Part shown: piece by piece, positions 39,096-53,569 of the stretch
Layout of the letters: every line of letters starts with the position of its first letter
Numbering within the stretch: the first letter of the stretch is position 1
Source: Vicugna vicugna
Lineage: Eukaryota
Direction of reading: 5' to 3'
Length of the DNA stretch: 64,000 bases
Assembly: GCA_013265495.1 (NCBI GenBank)
Contig: MU057651.1
Coordinates: 620,001-684,000 of the forward strand
The notes under the pieces: generated by a model
Databases searched by the model: none
Told to the model about the DNA's origin: nothing
The model's input: the letters and a program-made list of their open reading frames with translations, nothing else
Translations under genes and position numbers: made by a program

Positions 39096-42000
39096 TTCAC
39101 TGTTTTAATTTAGTCACTAAGAAGAATATACCACTCGAAATAAGAATTTCTCTCTCTCTCTCTCTCTCTGTGTTTTGTCATTTTACTTTTCTGGGTTCAA
39201 AAATAACACCTGAATGTGACGTGATTATTAAGTAAAGCTCAAATATACAAAACCAAGGTTGGTAAAAATAATGAAATTTGAAAGTTATTGCAAAAGCACT
39301 GAGGATGTAAATAGAAATACCTAGAAGATAAGTTTCTGAAAGATGTGTCTCACAGGGAGAGAGAGCCACCATATTCTGGATGATACGTATTATCTGATGA
39401 CATATTATTTAACTGGAGAAGACAGAAGTCAGAGAAACACGCATGGCCTCTTTAAAATGCTATCCAAAGCTGACCTTACCGAATAAGGCAAATAGGAGTC
39501 TGGGCCAGGCAGGGTTCTAGTGCACCTACGTAATTCAAAAGACTGGCTCCTTTGTTCTGGATAATTAGGTGTGGCTAACAGTGGCCTTTTCTGTTCCTAA
39601 TTACTCTCTCTGGCTGGAGACTCGAAAGGTAGATGCCCTGCTTCTTTTCAGGGCTCCTTGGTATGTAAAACTCACACTACACTCTCCTCTACTAGACCAG
39701 AAATGTCTGCCCCAAATTTGAACACCACACACTTGCTGTGGTCCATTCTGCAAGGAACCCAGCCTAGATGGCACATCTTTCTACTGTCCAGCAAACTGGA
39801 ATTGTTTTAATTCCATTCACCCCTCAGGGGATTATAAAACCTCTTTTGCAGAAGTGGAAATGGAATTGAAGAATCTTTGTCTGATTTCACAATAGGAACA
39901 TGAAGCAAATGATCGCTTCGTTTACCTAGACATTTCAGATTTGGTTTTGCTCAAATTATCGTGACATTACGTCAGTCCTTCTTTACCCTTTACACGGCAC
40001 GACCAACCTTCATCTTCTAATGATTCCACATAACTCTGAGTTGGTGACGGAGGAATAGTGCAGGAGGCTCTTTTTATCTTTAACTCACCTTCAGATCAAG
40101 TGCTTCAAAGCACACTTTCAGATGACCGATGGAGAAAGGGTAGGGACCTGTAAGGAAGCCCTGCTATTAATGTATTTGTTTCCCAAGTGGGAGGTGTCTC
40201 CGACTCTTCCACAAACATAGAAAAAAGGGGGATTCTATTCTGCTATGTTTGTAAACAGTGCTGATTTACTAAGACAGGTCCCTCCTCTGAGACAGCATTT
40301 TACAAAGGATACTATTAATGGATTGCTGGTTCAATCTGCCTATGAGGTCATTATTTCCAAGATCTTGAAAGAGACTATTTTGTTTGGGGAGGCTGTAGGC
40401 TCTATTTCAAGAATTGTACAAAAGAGCCATTATTCTCTAGGAACCCAATCGAAAAACTGTTGATCTTTCGAGTTTAACTGTTGTCGTTCACTTCTGCAAC
40501 ACAGCAGAAACTTGCAAGTTACGGTGGATCCAGCCACAGGCCATTTCATTTCACTTTTAGAACGTGGCCCTTAGCATTGTAGAGAAACATCTAACTTGAA
40601 TGGACAACCAGCAACAATTTGTATCTGTTCACAAATTGCATTCAGATTTGGCTACTAGGTATTTCAGAGAGAATTCAAACGGCTTTTGCAGATAGTGTAT
40701 TTTTGGTCCAGCCCTTGAGACTTAATGTGGCTCACTAATGCCCTGTAATTACAATTGAAATTCATCAGCAAAAAGAAATGAGCCTCTTGTCTCATGATAA
40801 CCAAGAAGCCGGAACAGCCCTCTTTTAGAGTACTAAGAAAGATTAATTCTTTCCCCACCTCCTTATCTTCCTTTCTCTCTCTCTCTTCTCTACTCCCCAC
40901 CTCCCACTAGGTATGTGCACACAGGTATACACACACACATACACACACACACACAGCTTCACTGACTTGCCTCTTGACACAGAGATTTACTGCAGAGCAT
41001 TTCAGAGGGAAACTTTTATCAAGATGCATGGCACCTTGAGATGAAATGATTAGGCATTATAAATAATTGTCATGATTCTTCCCTTCTTCCAAAATGCATT
41101 CTCTTAATCAATGCAGTGCCAAACTTGATCCTCAGAGAACGTTCAGTAGGCGAAAAAAGAAAGCCACCAACATGCATGAGTCAAGGGTAAAGATAGGTAA
41201 TCACATATATTCTAGGCTAATGTGGCAAAAATTCATACCATGGCATATGTGTTGAACTGGATGCAACCAAAAATGCCAATTTTGCCCATTTGCCACAGGT
41301 GCTCTACCTAGGTGTGTAAAGGGTGAGAATCCAGAAATACTGGCCCTACAACTTGCCAGACCAACTATTAAGCCAGTAGCAAATGGAATAAATATTTTCA
41401 TCAGTTCTGGTACCATCGGAGACAACCCACATGTCTGCATTATTCTGTCTGCTTTCAAAATCTAAATAACTGTTTATTTGCATATCTTCCCAATGAGAAA
41501 CAAACTAATATTGGCCTCCTTTCAAAAACAAAAGCCCAGGCTGGCCAATACACAGCTGTGATCTAATAAAGCCAGAGGTAAAGCTCAAAAACCACCAGCT
41601 GCACAAGGCCATTACTGCAAATCGGTAAGCGCACCAGTATGGCTTGTATCCATCTCATATCAAACAAGAGGATCTAACACAGGGTTGAGACACAGCCCAG
41701 GGGAAATTTCCAGGGTGAACTTCCTAATGTTTCTGAGATACCGACAGAAAGAATAGGGTTGGTTGCAAGACACCTGGAGCTGCTGAGATGGCAGATAAAC
41801 TGACGAGCACATATGAAAGAAGACTGATTTTAGGATCTCAAAAATGTAGTCAACAAGTCAAAGAACTCTCACTGTGTTAAGACATTAACAGAACATGAGA
41901 GCGTTTCAAATTTCTAGAACTGGGAAAATCTTTATAATAAGAATTAGTTCTACAGATCAAGAAAATTTGAACTTTTAATGACAGCTTCCAAACTTGGAGG

Positions 42001-45000
42001 TATTAAGTACACATTGATTTAAAGTCAGCTAATGTGTCCTTAGACAATGATACCAACACCAGACTGGTCTTCATATTTGAGGACGAGGTTGCTGCTTTTA
42101 CTATGAGAACGATGTATACACTGGATTATACTTTGGTGGTGGGAAAAGGATCTAAGGTACTTGCTGTATCTTTCTTGGGCTCCCTTGTAAACAGAAGCAC
42201 ACATTTTCAAGATGACTAGCTAAGCTTCCAGGTGTAAACTGTGACAGGGAAACCAATTCTGCTTTGCTAACTAGCCCACACTGACATTAAACCCACTTTA
42301 TCTTGGATATATTATTTGCAACTGAACCAACAGGCCAGACACTTATCACTGAGCCTGCTAAGAAAATGTAGTGAACTGTTTTCAATTGCCAAAAAGAAAG
42401 AAAACGAAACAAAGGAAAAAATCATCTAGCCTTCCACAAAAGGGACAATATATCGTAATTGGAAAGAAAGATACCTTGCTCTGCATTTCTATAGCAACTT
42501 GCATCTAAAGATTTCCAGCAGCTTTTCAGACATTATTTCCCATAATATGCTAAGATGCCAAAGAAGAGAGAAAGGGCATTCATCTCACTTTATAGGGAGG
42601 AGAACAAGCCAGGTCTGAGTCTCCCAGCAGCCCTAAACCCACACTCCCATTCCTAGACTAGGTAGACAAGGGAAAGCCCACCACACACTACCAGCCAGAT
42701 GGGCCCAAATTAGCATTTCCACCATCTTGTCTCAAATTGCACACAGTCACGAAACATGTCATTCACTCCCCTCACTAGATCATAAGCTCCTTGAGAGAAG
42801 CCCTCGGTCATAACTGTATGCTTCCTACTGTCTAGTATAGCGCCTTGCTCCCAGCAGGCATTCAATTCACATGTGACAGAATGACATGGAACTTTATACA
42901 TTCTATATACTTGTTGATGCTCTAAGTTTTTCATAATGTTGAAAAAGCCTACATGCCTACTAGAAGCAAGTCTGAGCCAAGAAGGCATTTAGAAATATTG
43001 GCACTATTCTAACTGCCAAGCAATTGGACACCATGGAGAATAGAAGCCACTGGATGGATTACCAACACCTCATTTTTTACTGTACAACTTTGTAATGTCC
43101 AAAGAGCTTCCGCGTCTTACTCTTCTTTGAGCCTGGCACCAACCTGCGAAGAAGGGAGCATCATCCCCACTTTCCATATGAGGAACTGACAAAGCACAGA
43201 GGTTAAGTGACTTACCCAGGGTCACCACAAAGTGAAAGAATGGAAACTAGAAGCTCGAACTCTTCTCAGTTCCCTTCCCATGACACCATTACAATGTGTA
43301 TCCAAGTAAACCCACCAACACACATACGCTCTCTTCATATATACACTTTCACCCTCCCCAATTTCATATGACAGTTTTAGCTTTTTTTTCATTTCAACCC
43401 ATTTCCGGCTGGTACTTACTGACTTCGACTGCTTTTCTCATCCAAAGACCCAAGGCTAGGAGATTTACTGACAGGACTCCAAGAAGATTCGTTGGCCGGT
43501 AGGACCAATTCTTCGACGGCCTTGTTTTGGGGCCTGTCTGTTCTAGGGCACTCACCAAGGGAACTCTGCTATCAGAGACAGGGGTGTGCTGTTTCAGAGC
43601 GCCTCGCCTGGGAGATACCATTACAGTGTGTAATGGAGGGAAGCCATTTCGAAGATCATTTGATCAGGAGGAGCTAAGCTACTTGTTAGGCAGATTTGCA
43701 AAAGCAGCCAGACAAGTAAGGGAGGCACTAGCTCTTTTTACAGCTGCCGAGTTTCAATCTTAGATCCTGCAAAAGATAGCTCACTACTGACACACATACA
43801 AAGCCCAGTCACACAGAACACAGCCATGATCTTTCTCAAATGCGAGAGCAAACGAGGTCGGTTCTGTGGTAGTCCTGTTCTCAGCTAACATCTTTATGAG
43901 TGACTTCCATTGTTTTCAGCAGGAAATCCACATTAAATAAATCCAATAAGCCAGCATATTACAGTTGCAAATTTCAGTGAGAGGCTGCAAATAAGGAAAT
44001 CGATAGGTGTGCTCCAGCGCCGAGACCTCATATACTGCATCGATTAGACAGGGCAAAGAGTTCCTATTCGAATGACTTCCTAAGCTTCTAACTTTATGCA
44101 GCACCATACTTTATTATTCATCGTGGATGCTGCATGAGCTAATGCCAAGAAAATGCTAATGATCATCTGACGAGTATTTATTTTTACAAACTGATGCATT
44201 ATTACAGGTTTCAGCTTTTCATTTCCAACACCGATGCTTCTGAGAAGAGAAACTAAGATGTATAAAGAACAGAGGTAGACATTTTTTAAGGATAAAAAAA
44301 TAGAAGATGCCTCAAATAAATGTGTGGGAAAAAGAAAAGGAAAGCAAAGCCTAGTAATAAAACATTTCCTAGTTCTCAAAACAGAATCCTTGGAAGCATT
44401 CAGATGGAAAAAATCTGGTGCAGACTACCCCGAGTGAGCAGGATATGGTAAACCATCGTTTTGAGTCTCTGGAGTTCTAGCTGCTGTTACTATGCCTGGG
44501 TGATAATTATACCCTTCCCTGATCCACTCCAGCGAAACAGCCACAAATTCAAGCCTAAGAATTCAATTCCATAAGTTGCTGGGGCTTTTTGTATGCCACA
44601 GAGATGTCTGGACATTGTTTTTCAGCCTGTACCTTGTGGCTCACTGTCCCAGGAACTTGTCCATTCTCAATTTTCTATACCCAAATCGGCTTTCTACAGG
44701 GAAGGTGTCCATCGAATGTTTGAAGAGAGTTGCTACATGGGGTCAAGTGAGACCCTGGCATTACGTAAACCAGGAATTTAGACCATTTTAGCAAAGTTCA
44801 CATTCAACTGCTTTTCTCATCTGAAGACCCAAGGCTAGGAGATTTTTTGGCTCATATTCTACCAAAAAAAAAAAAAAGACATCTTGCCAGAACTGGAGGT
44901 CAAAGAATTTTGGGAGGTGTAACTTGCAGCAACTCTTCTTCAGGCTTTTGCCTCTTGACCTAAGTTTACAAAAGAGCTGAGAGCCTGACTCAGCATCTTA

Positions 45001-45532
45001 TTTGGGGGCTATAGCGAAGGAAGAGGAAATGCTATGTATTAAAAAAGGGGCCTCCTTCAAATGCAGAAGGAAGAACAGGACATGACAAGACCTACATTCC
45101 ATCCATCCCACTGCACAAATGGCAGGGGATAAACATGAAGCTGGCCATAGCAGCAGTTGCAGAAATTCGCCATCTCCCACCCCCACCTCCTACCCCTACT
45201 GAAGATGATTTATATCTGAAAGGAAACTGGCCATGGCTCTAAGAAAAGATCACAATCCACCCAAGGAGATTCCTCTAGAAACCAAAAGCCTGAAGGATGG
45301 CATCACAATTGATCATGTTTGCTTTCCTATGGCTTCCCTGTACTCAGCTTACCAGTTCGTCACTTACAAGTTGTCAGATCCATTCAGCAGGGCTTTCCCC
45401 TTCCTGCCTGTTACTCTACCAGTTGGTTGCAACTACCGCTGTCCAGCTCTACGAGATGTGGCTCACGACTGGTTCATGCCAGAGCAGATCCTCCTCCAGC
45501 ACACAAGAAGCTTTGCTTCGCCAGTGCTCACA

Positions 45533-45534
<2 letters not shown>

Positions 45535-45564
<30 letters not shown>
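45535..45564. repeat. (CA)n microsatellite
   Basis: Seen directly. Confidence 0.9.
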
Positions 45565-45566
<2 letters not shown>

Positions 45567-47379
45567 GAGAAGACTTCCATGTGCCTAAGTCTTTCTGTGG
45601 CCCTGGGAAGCTCCCAGGCTGAGATAATGGGGCCCAGCCCTCACCTCAAAGGAGAAAGGGTATCAGGAAAATTGCAGGTAAAGCAGAAGCAGGGTTTGAT
45701 GCAAGGAGTGCGAGTCAGCAGGCCTGAGGGGGAATCAGTCAGCAGTTTCCAAATTACTCCTGTGGTGCCTGGACTGTGGCCGAGAAACACATCCCGACAG
45801 ACATTTGGGGAGGAAAGCTGAGTGTTTATATATCATCTGTGTTCATCTCTGAGTGTTCTTTCTCCTTTACAGTTGAGCCTAATGCATCCCCTGTGCTCAC
45901 AATCAGGTCAGCCAATCACCAGCTGGCTTCGTGGCCTTTTGCAGGTTGTGGATGCATGCCCTACACTCTTCTGGCCAGCTTAACAGTGAGGGTCTCTAGG
46001 TTACAGAGCTGTATAAAGACAGGAAAAGAGAAGATCTTATGTCAGCCTAACGTGGCTCTTTACAGGAAAAGAAACCAGTTAGATGCTGTCTTCTTGTGGA
46101 GTGCTGGTTGACTTTCATTTCAAAGAATCCTATGATCAAAGCAGAGACCTACTACCCTTTGAGGGAAAAGGTGAGACAGTAACTGTAAGAATATGCCTCT
46201 TAAGCAACCCATCTGTACATGCATTCATTTACAACGACAAATATCTATTGAAGTTTATATGCCAGGCACCATGTGAGGTGCCTGAGTAAAGAGAGAAATA
46301 AATGCCCAGCCCTGAGTGAGATTATAGGCTTGAGCAGTGGGTTTCATCTCTAGCTGCATATTATATATAAAATGTATATTAAATACATAGATAAAAATAC
46401 AACAACAAAACAAGTAAGAGAGGCTATAGCCGTTCAGAAGAAGGGAAGACTCTCTGACTGCTATCCTATTGTCTGAGAAATCAGTGCCAATTATCATACC
46501 TCCACATAGAAGGAAAGTGTTTGCTATGGATGCACCAAAGAACATCATTACCCCGCCTTTCATCTCCATGCCACCAACATTCACATGTACCAGGTATTGC
46601 ATCAGACATGGGCGCATGTAAAGAGAGATGAATGAAGACCAGTCCCTGTCTTCAAAGAGCCCCAGTTAAATGAGGGTGGCAGACATGCATACACACAATA
46701 GGGAATACAGTGGGATGCAACCCAGGTAGGCACAGGATTCTTCGGAGGGACAGAGAAGGAAGGGTAAATAATGTTTTCAGAAGGATCAGCGATATAGCAC
46801 TTCAGTGGGGTATTGAAGGATAAGTAGGAGTTCATCAGGATTTGGAAAATGAAAAGTACCAGGTTGGTGTAAGAGATTATTCAACAGTATAGTCCAACGA
46901 ACAAATACTCCAAGCATGCTAGATTACATTTCTTAGCCTTGGGTCCCTGTTTCTGCTGAACTAAGTGATGCTGGTGCTATATAAGAAAGAGAAGAAATCT
47001 TAAACCTCTGGAAGAAAGAGACATCATGAGACTTTGAAAAGCCAGAACACTGGCTCCTGGTGAACTACAGAAGGGAACTACAGTATAGGTGACACAAAGC
47101 ATTTTCCAAAACTAAAGCCATATACAAGCAAAACAGACTTCTTTGGGCAAAAATGTATTAAGAACATAACACTTGGAAAAAGAAACTGCTGCCTTTCATG
47201 CTGCATTTAAGAACTAAGTTGCATCTTGTTCTGTAGTTTTCGTTTCTGAGGTTGAGTTTTAGTTGGGTCTTTTTTATAAATCCAAAAGAATGGTCTCCAA
47301 CAAAAGAAGAATGGTTGATTCTAGTGCAACTTCTGGATTGTTCTGTGATCTTGAGGAAATTACAAAATCTTCGTAGATA

Positions 47380-48060
47380 AATTCATTCATTCATTCATTC
47401 ATTCAGCACTTCCACAGTGCCTAGTATGTGCCCAGGAAGGCAAGAGATGCTTTGGAAGGCCAGTGGAGGAGGGGTAGCTAATGCTTCCCAGAGGAGTCAG
47501 AGGTCACTACACTTGAGCAAGGTACTGAAGCTCACCAGGGTCTAGGGTAAGAGGTGAACAAGTTGCAGCCCCCACCCTTGAAGAGATTTAAAGTATAATG
47601 GGTCTTGGCCATGACAGCTCAGTGCAAATATGACAACAAGTTGCTGCTGAAGGTCAAGAGAGGGGGTCCCCACAGCCCAAAGAAGGCAGCTTCACAGAGG
47701 AAGTACACTTGAGCTGAATTCAGGAGAACAAGTAATCAAACCATGGAGAAGTCATGTTTCAGGCACAAGCAACATGTACTGAGGCCCAGAGGAGATGAGA
47801 GACAAAGTAGTGTATTAGAGGAACTACAGGCAACCTGGTGTGACCATAGGAGGGATGGGAAAAATAAGATCAGTAGACACCAAATTGAGAAAGATCTGGG
47901 ATGCCTTTCTTTGGGGTTTGGACTCTTCCTGTCTAGATGGAGAGGTTTCGAGCAGTGAGATGGCATGATCAGCTTTGAATTTCAGAACTATTACTCGGGT
48001 GACAATGCAGTAGATAGAGCAGGTTGAAGACTTAGGGATGTCCCAGGGAGCAACATGGAA
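47380..48060 (-). mobile_element. L2 LINE 3' fragment(s)
   Basis: (attc)n tail followed by gtgcctagtatgtgcccagg and L2-like purine-rich sequence. Confidence 0.55.
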
Positions 48061-48329
48061 ATAATTTTGAAAAGGGACAACTCTGAGAAAATAAGCCACG
48101 GGAGAGGAAGCATAGGCAGTATGGGAACCAAAAGACAGGAGAAGGGAGGCTTCAAGAGGGGTTTCCATTTTGGACATTGGCCAAAGATGTCACACATACT
48201 AAGCCTGGTGGGATTAACTGGTCTCAGGAGCCCAAATGGAAATCTGGGTAGAAACAAATTCCTATTCCAAGAGGTCCAGAGGAGTGTGGCAGGAGTAATG
48301 GTTTCTTTAGTCTTTAGGGGATTTTCCAG

Positions 48330-48590
48330 TTCTATTGAGGGATAATTGACACATTAAAAATGTATTTATTTAAGATGTACAACGTGATTGATGATTTGGT
48401 ATACATACACATTGTGACATGGAAATCACAATCAAGTTAATTCATATTGCCATCACCTCACATCGGTTTGTTTGCTTTGTTTTCCTTTCTAGTATGGTAA
48501 GAACATTTAAGATCCACTGTCTTAGCAAATTTCAAGTATACAATACAGTATTATTAATTATAGTCGCCATGCTGTACATTACATCCCTAG
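48330..48590 (-). mobile_element. L1MA-like LINE-1 3' end
   Basis: cacaatcaagttaatt...aagatccactgtcttagcaaatttcaagtatacaatacagtattattaa.tatagtcgccatgctgtacatta. Confidence 0.8.
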
Positions 48591-50929
48591 TGTAGCCTTC
48601 AGTTTTTGTTCAGGCTTTCAGACAGAACTGTGCCTCAGTTTCTGCTTTTTTCTGGAAATGAGAGTAAACAACTAGCTTAGAATGGTGATTATAAAAAAAA
48701 ACTAAGTTGGTATGCTGATAACAAATATGACTATATGGGAGTTCCCTTATATTAGTAGTCACTGGACCACCAGTAAAATCATATTCCCAAGAGAATAATA
48801 AGAGCACATTATTCCGATTTCGGCCAATAAGATAGCACTTACGAGTTATATAGAAATTTGTCTAAATTTTTACAAAGACTCGGCCAACAAACATAAACAT
48901 TCTACAAAGGCTGAATATCTGCAAATAGTCCTCGAATACATAACTTTTGCATACGTCCAAATGCAGAGAAAAAAGAACAAACCCACTGACACATTGGATA
49001 TCTCAGTAAAAATTAAACCAAGACTATCTAGTGGGAAGCAGAAGCACCCTGTGTTTATTACACAGCAAGTAATAAAAAGCTGAAGGAAACATCAAACCAC
49101 ATGTAGTGGGGGAGAAAATGTCTCTCTAGCTTTATCTATTACTCTCAATAGAGACAGCAAAATTAAGACAATAAATACAAATGTAGCAGCAGTTCTAACA
49201 TGTTTATTTGGCATCATGAAATGGTTCGATGGAGAGCAGGACACGTGGGCTGAAAATACTCATTTGGTGACTATCAGCATGGGAGTGGGTGCAATTGCCT
49301 AGGACGAGCCCAGAATAAGAGAGGAGGAAAGACCTTGGGGAAACACTGACATTTAGGGGCCGGTAGAGGAAGCCGAGATCCCTGAGAAACATAGTTAAAG
49401 GAGTGGAGGAACTGGCTCTATGACGTCATGGAAATCATGAGAAGGGTGTTTCAACATGAGTATGGCTATGAGGCAAATGTCACAAAGAGGTCAAAAGCGC
49501 GCTTATCTTTTTGTCCTCCCATCCTCTGCCTAGAGTTCACTACAGTGGACACCTTGTAATTTTCACGTCAGAAGAGAAAAGGCCAAGTGTCACCAGAGGT
49601 CTGTTGATGTGTTTCAGTATGTTTTCAGAACTTCCAGACTCTGGCCATTTGGTGCTCCTGGAGCAGCATGAAGAAAACCACACAGCATGCCTCAAGAAAG
49701 ACTTTCCTTTGGGTGATAAACCAGATCAATTGTAGCTAGCATTCAGACAGTTTTTCGCAAGAAGGACTATGCTCAGTTCAAATGGCTCGTATCTGCTAAC
49801 CATCTCCCCAAAGACTTAGCCAAGCAAAGAGGCAAATATTCAGTCTGGTCTGGTACCTTCTCAGCACTGCTGCTAATGAGCTTCAAGGCCCTGAGTACTT
49901 CCCTTGGTCCTTCTGAATCTTATTAACCTCACATATACAAGGTGACTACCTCACCCAGGAGTTGTGAGGATCAAACAATCCATGTGTGGAAAATGCTTTC
50001 AAGTAATTTAAGGTACTTTACCAGTAGAAGATGTTTACAATTACTGCCACAGATTTCACAAGCCATAAGTGAAATCACCATCATTCACTGAGATCTGTTT
50101 ATGTCCCAGGCACTCTGCTACAAGTGACTCAAGCACAAGTTCACATAACTTGCATAACCACTTGAGGTATTATTTTCATTTTACAGATGAAACTGACATT
50201 TAGAGACATCAGCTCACTCGCTAAGGTCACAGAGCAAGATCACACAGTAAGACTATACAATCCCACAGCTGTGTGATTCCAAAGCCCATGCTCTTACTTA
50301 TGCTTCCTCAATCACACTACAGTTTCATGTGATGTGAGGAGTTCTGAGTTACTCACAGCTTTTGCATGGTCACCAATGTTCTTAGAGCTTTGAAGGGAGT
50401 GAACTGTGCCTCTGCTGTGGTGTTTGGGAACCAAAGCCTAGAAATGAGCAGACCCTCTACCCACAAAGCAGACCTTTCAGCATGAGAATCAAGGGCAGAG
50501 GAGGGCCTGCAGTTAGAGACCAGACCTCTGGCTCCACCAGCATCAGTCTTTTCCATTCCTCCTCTCCTAAGTTTCTGTACCAGCAAATAAAGGTGACATT
50601 ACTGAAGCCTTCACAATTTCAAGGGGAAAGTTGTAGGACCAGAAGGTACATTGAAATGAACAAGAGACATTGCTACAGTGGCCAGATAAGCATGTCCTAA
50701 AATTGAATTGAGGAAACTCTCCTAGGTTACTTTTCTTTTTCACTCATCTTCTTAAGTGGGAGTAAGCACTGACCCCTAGCTCGTGGCTAAAGAGAAATGA
50801 CTTAAAGGCAGGCAGGCAACAAGTCCTGTGAAAATTAGGTCTTTGGTGGCAAAGAACCACACAGTTTCTCTGTTATTTCAGGGTTCTGCTCCTTTGAAAG
50901 CACCTCCTTCCAAGGGCTGTGTAAGGATA

Positions 50930-51180
50930 ATAATATCTACCATTTGTTGAGCACTGACTATTGTGCTAAATGCTTTCATATATTATCTCATTTCATCCTC
51001 ATAACAACACAGTGAGGCAGATGGTATTAGTGTCATGCCCATTTTACAGATCAGGAAACTGAGACTTGAGAAGGCTAGGTGATTGACTCAAACAAGGTTA
51101 CACAGCTAATAAGTGGCCAGATTGGGATTCACATGCTGTTCTAGCTGACTCCAGAGTTGGTGCTCCAAATGCTTCTATCA
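50930..51180 (-). mobile_element. MIR SINE, near full length
   Basis: ccatttgttgagcact...tcatttcatcctcataacaac...cccattttacagatcaggaaactgagactt...ggattcacat. Confidence 0.8.
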
Positions 51181-51949
51181 TAATGGACTTATGGGTTATT
51201 AAATATTTTGAGAAGTATAAAATACCACATAAATGCAAGGGGTGGGTCTCCATTCTTATGATTTCTCACTGTAATCAAGTGAATTCAGGCAGGCGCATTT
51301 TTCTCATCCTAAAATTCAGCCAGTACTGTCAGTTTTATAAATTGCTTTTGGTGAGTCTCAGCATATCGGCAGAGACGATCAAATGTAAATTTGCCAGGCT
51401 ATTTTCCTAAAGCGGTCTCCTGGAGGAGGTGGTGGCTAAATCTTAATTAAGTACAATATTTCCATTAAGGTCTTAAAAGCTCACTTTTCTTCCTCTGCCT
51501 TATGCCAGTGACAAAGCGCTTTGTTACACAATCTTCTAGAAAGATGACATATCTTTCCTGTGCTAAGCAAGATGTCTACAAGGAAGGTTGCTTTGTGAAG
51601 TGGCTTTCCTAAATGCTGACTGCTGTTCGCAACCAACCATGAGCCCTCAAGGCCTTTGGAGCCCGGAGACCACTGGATTCTACGATAAAGATTCCGCCAA
51701 CCCTCAAGCCTTGTACTCCTGTTTCATGGTGACTTCATCTTTCCAATTCAAAGGAAACGACCTCAAGGGCAGAGGGTGTGCCTTTTACCCATCTGAATCT
51801 CCCTCTGGGCCTCGCACTATGTGAGGTGCACAGAAGATCCTCAATCTGAGCTCATAATGCCATTGGAATTCTGGGACTGAGGAAGAGAGGCACTGGATCT
51901 GTCCTGACAACATGGTGCGGCCCATCTACTCCTTTTCATTTCTTTGTGT

Positions 51950-52073
51950 GTGTGTGGAGGGGGGGTAATTAGGTTTGTTTATTTATTAAATGGAGGTACT
52001 TGGGATTGAACCCACAACCTCACGTATGCTAAGCACGCACTCTACCACGGAGCCACTGAGTTGTACCCTCCCC
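51950..52073 (-). mobile_element. tRNA-derived SINE (camelid Vic-1-like)
   Basis: gggggtaattaggtttgtttattt...ggaggtacttgggattgaaccca...tgctaagcacgcactctaccac...taccctcccc; same family as 21120-21250. Confidence 0.8.
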
Positions 52074-52589
52074 CTACTTTTTGTTTCTTAATTGAGTTTC
52101 ACAAGTAAGCTGCTCTGGGCTTAGCATTGTGCTAGGCATTGGGAACCAAAATAAGTAAGGTGATGTGGTCTGTAATATCAAAGAAGTTCTCAATCTAATG
52201 ATGGAGGGAAGGTGGTGTTCCAGAGTATAGGCTCTTTCCCACGATGTGCCAGAACCCATATCAAATGGCAGCTTGGACATATTTTGCACTATTTTCACTC
52301 CAGGGAGAGTACAGCAGGGGAAGCCATGGACTAGGGAGACTTCTACAAAGTGCTCTTGTGGACTAGGGTGGCACGTGACTCTGGCACCAGGCTTCTGATC
52401 TACTGGTTCACTCCTGTTCTTTTTTTGCACCCTTGCAGGGATTCTACAGTCTATCTGGAGTGCAAGGAAGTATTTTCAGCTTGTCTTTACCCACGCCCAC
52501 TGAGAAATTCCCTCTGATAACTTGTTAGTAACAGATGTTGAAATTCCAGTGGGGTCTATATATGTGCACCCACTCCCAATAGAAATGTG

Positions 52590-53033
52590 TTGAATAAAAT
52601 AATGCCATTTGTGGCAACATGGATGAACCTGGAGATTGTCATACTAAGTAAAGTAAGCCAGAAAGAGAAAGAAAAATATCATATGAGATCACTTATATGT
52701 GGAATCTCAGAATATGACGCAAATGAATGTATTTGCAAAACAGAAACAGACTCACAGACATAGAAAACAAACTTATGGTTACGGAGGGGGAAGTGATAAA
52801 TTGGGAGTTCAGGACTTGCAGATATTAACTACTATATACAAAATAGATAAACAAGGTCCTACTGTATAACACAGGGAACTGTATTCAATACCTTGTAATA
52901 GACTATAATGAAAAAATATGAAAAGGAATACATATATATATATATAACTGAATCACTATGTTGTACACCAGAAATCAACACATCGCAGACTGACTATACT
53001 TCAATAAAAATAAAAGTTTAAAATAATAAAAAA
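52590..53033 (+). mobile_element. 5'-truncated LINE-1 3' end with polyA signal and tail
   Basis: atgccatttgtggcaacatggatgaacctggagattgtcatactaagt...cagactcacagacatagaaaacaaacttatggttac...tatacttcaataaaaataaaa. Confidence 0.88.
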
Positions 53034-53569
53034 CGTATTTTATCATCCAGTTAGCTCATTAACCTTTTCTTTCTCTTTCTTGAATACCATGGTCCAGGGT
53101 TAACAGGGGGAAAGTAGACCAGGCTAGATTAGAGGTACCTGCTGGAGGCAGGGCTGCCCTGTCTGTGTGTCTGATCACTTCTGCATAGGAAAGCACCAAG
53201 AATGCATAAAGAAATGCAAGCCTCACCTTTCTCTCCCGCTTGGGAGAGAAATGAGGTGGCCAGTTAAGCCATCAACTTCCAGAAAATAAACAAACCATCT
53301 ATACCCTAACTTCTTTTGAATAGGTCTGGCTAAGTTTCGATGATTTTTGTAGGTGGAAACTATGGTGAAAGGATATAAAACTTGATGTGAGGGTTCGAGC
53401 TTCCTCTTTTTAATTCTAGACATAAATGCCACTCCTTTCTGCTAGAAAGATCTTGTCCCACCACCACCCTGGCTGGGAACAACACTCTTCCTTTTAGCAG
53501 CGGTGAGAAGAGAACCAGAGGCAAAACAGGAAAAAAAAGTCAGCTGTGGTAATGAACTATTGCCTGCAA

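Noticed and set aside
45233..45821. ORFs of 129, 174 and 89 aa
   Set aside because: They run through a (CA)n microsatellite (HTHT runs); no homology or exon signals recognised.
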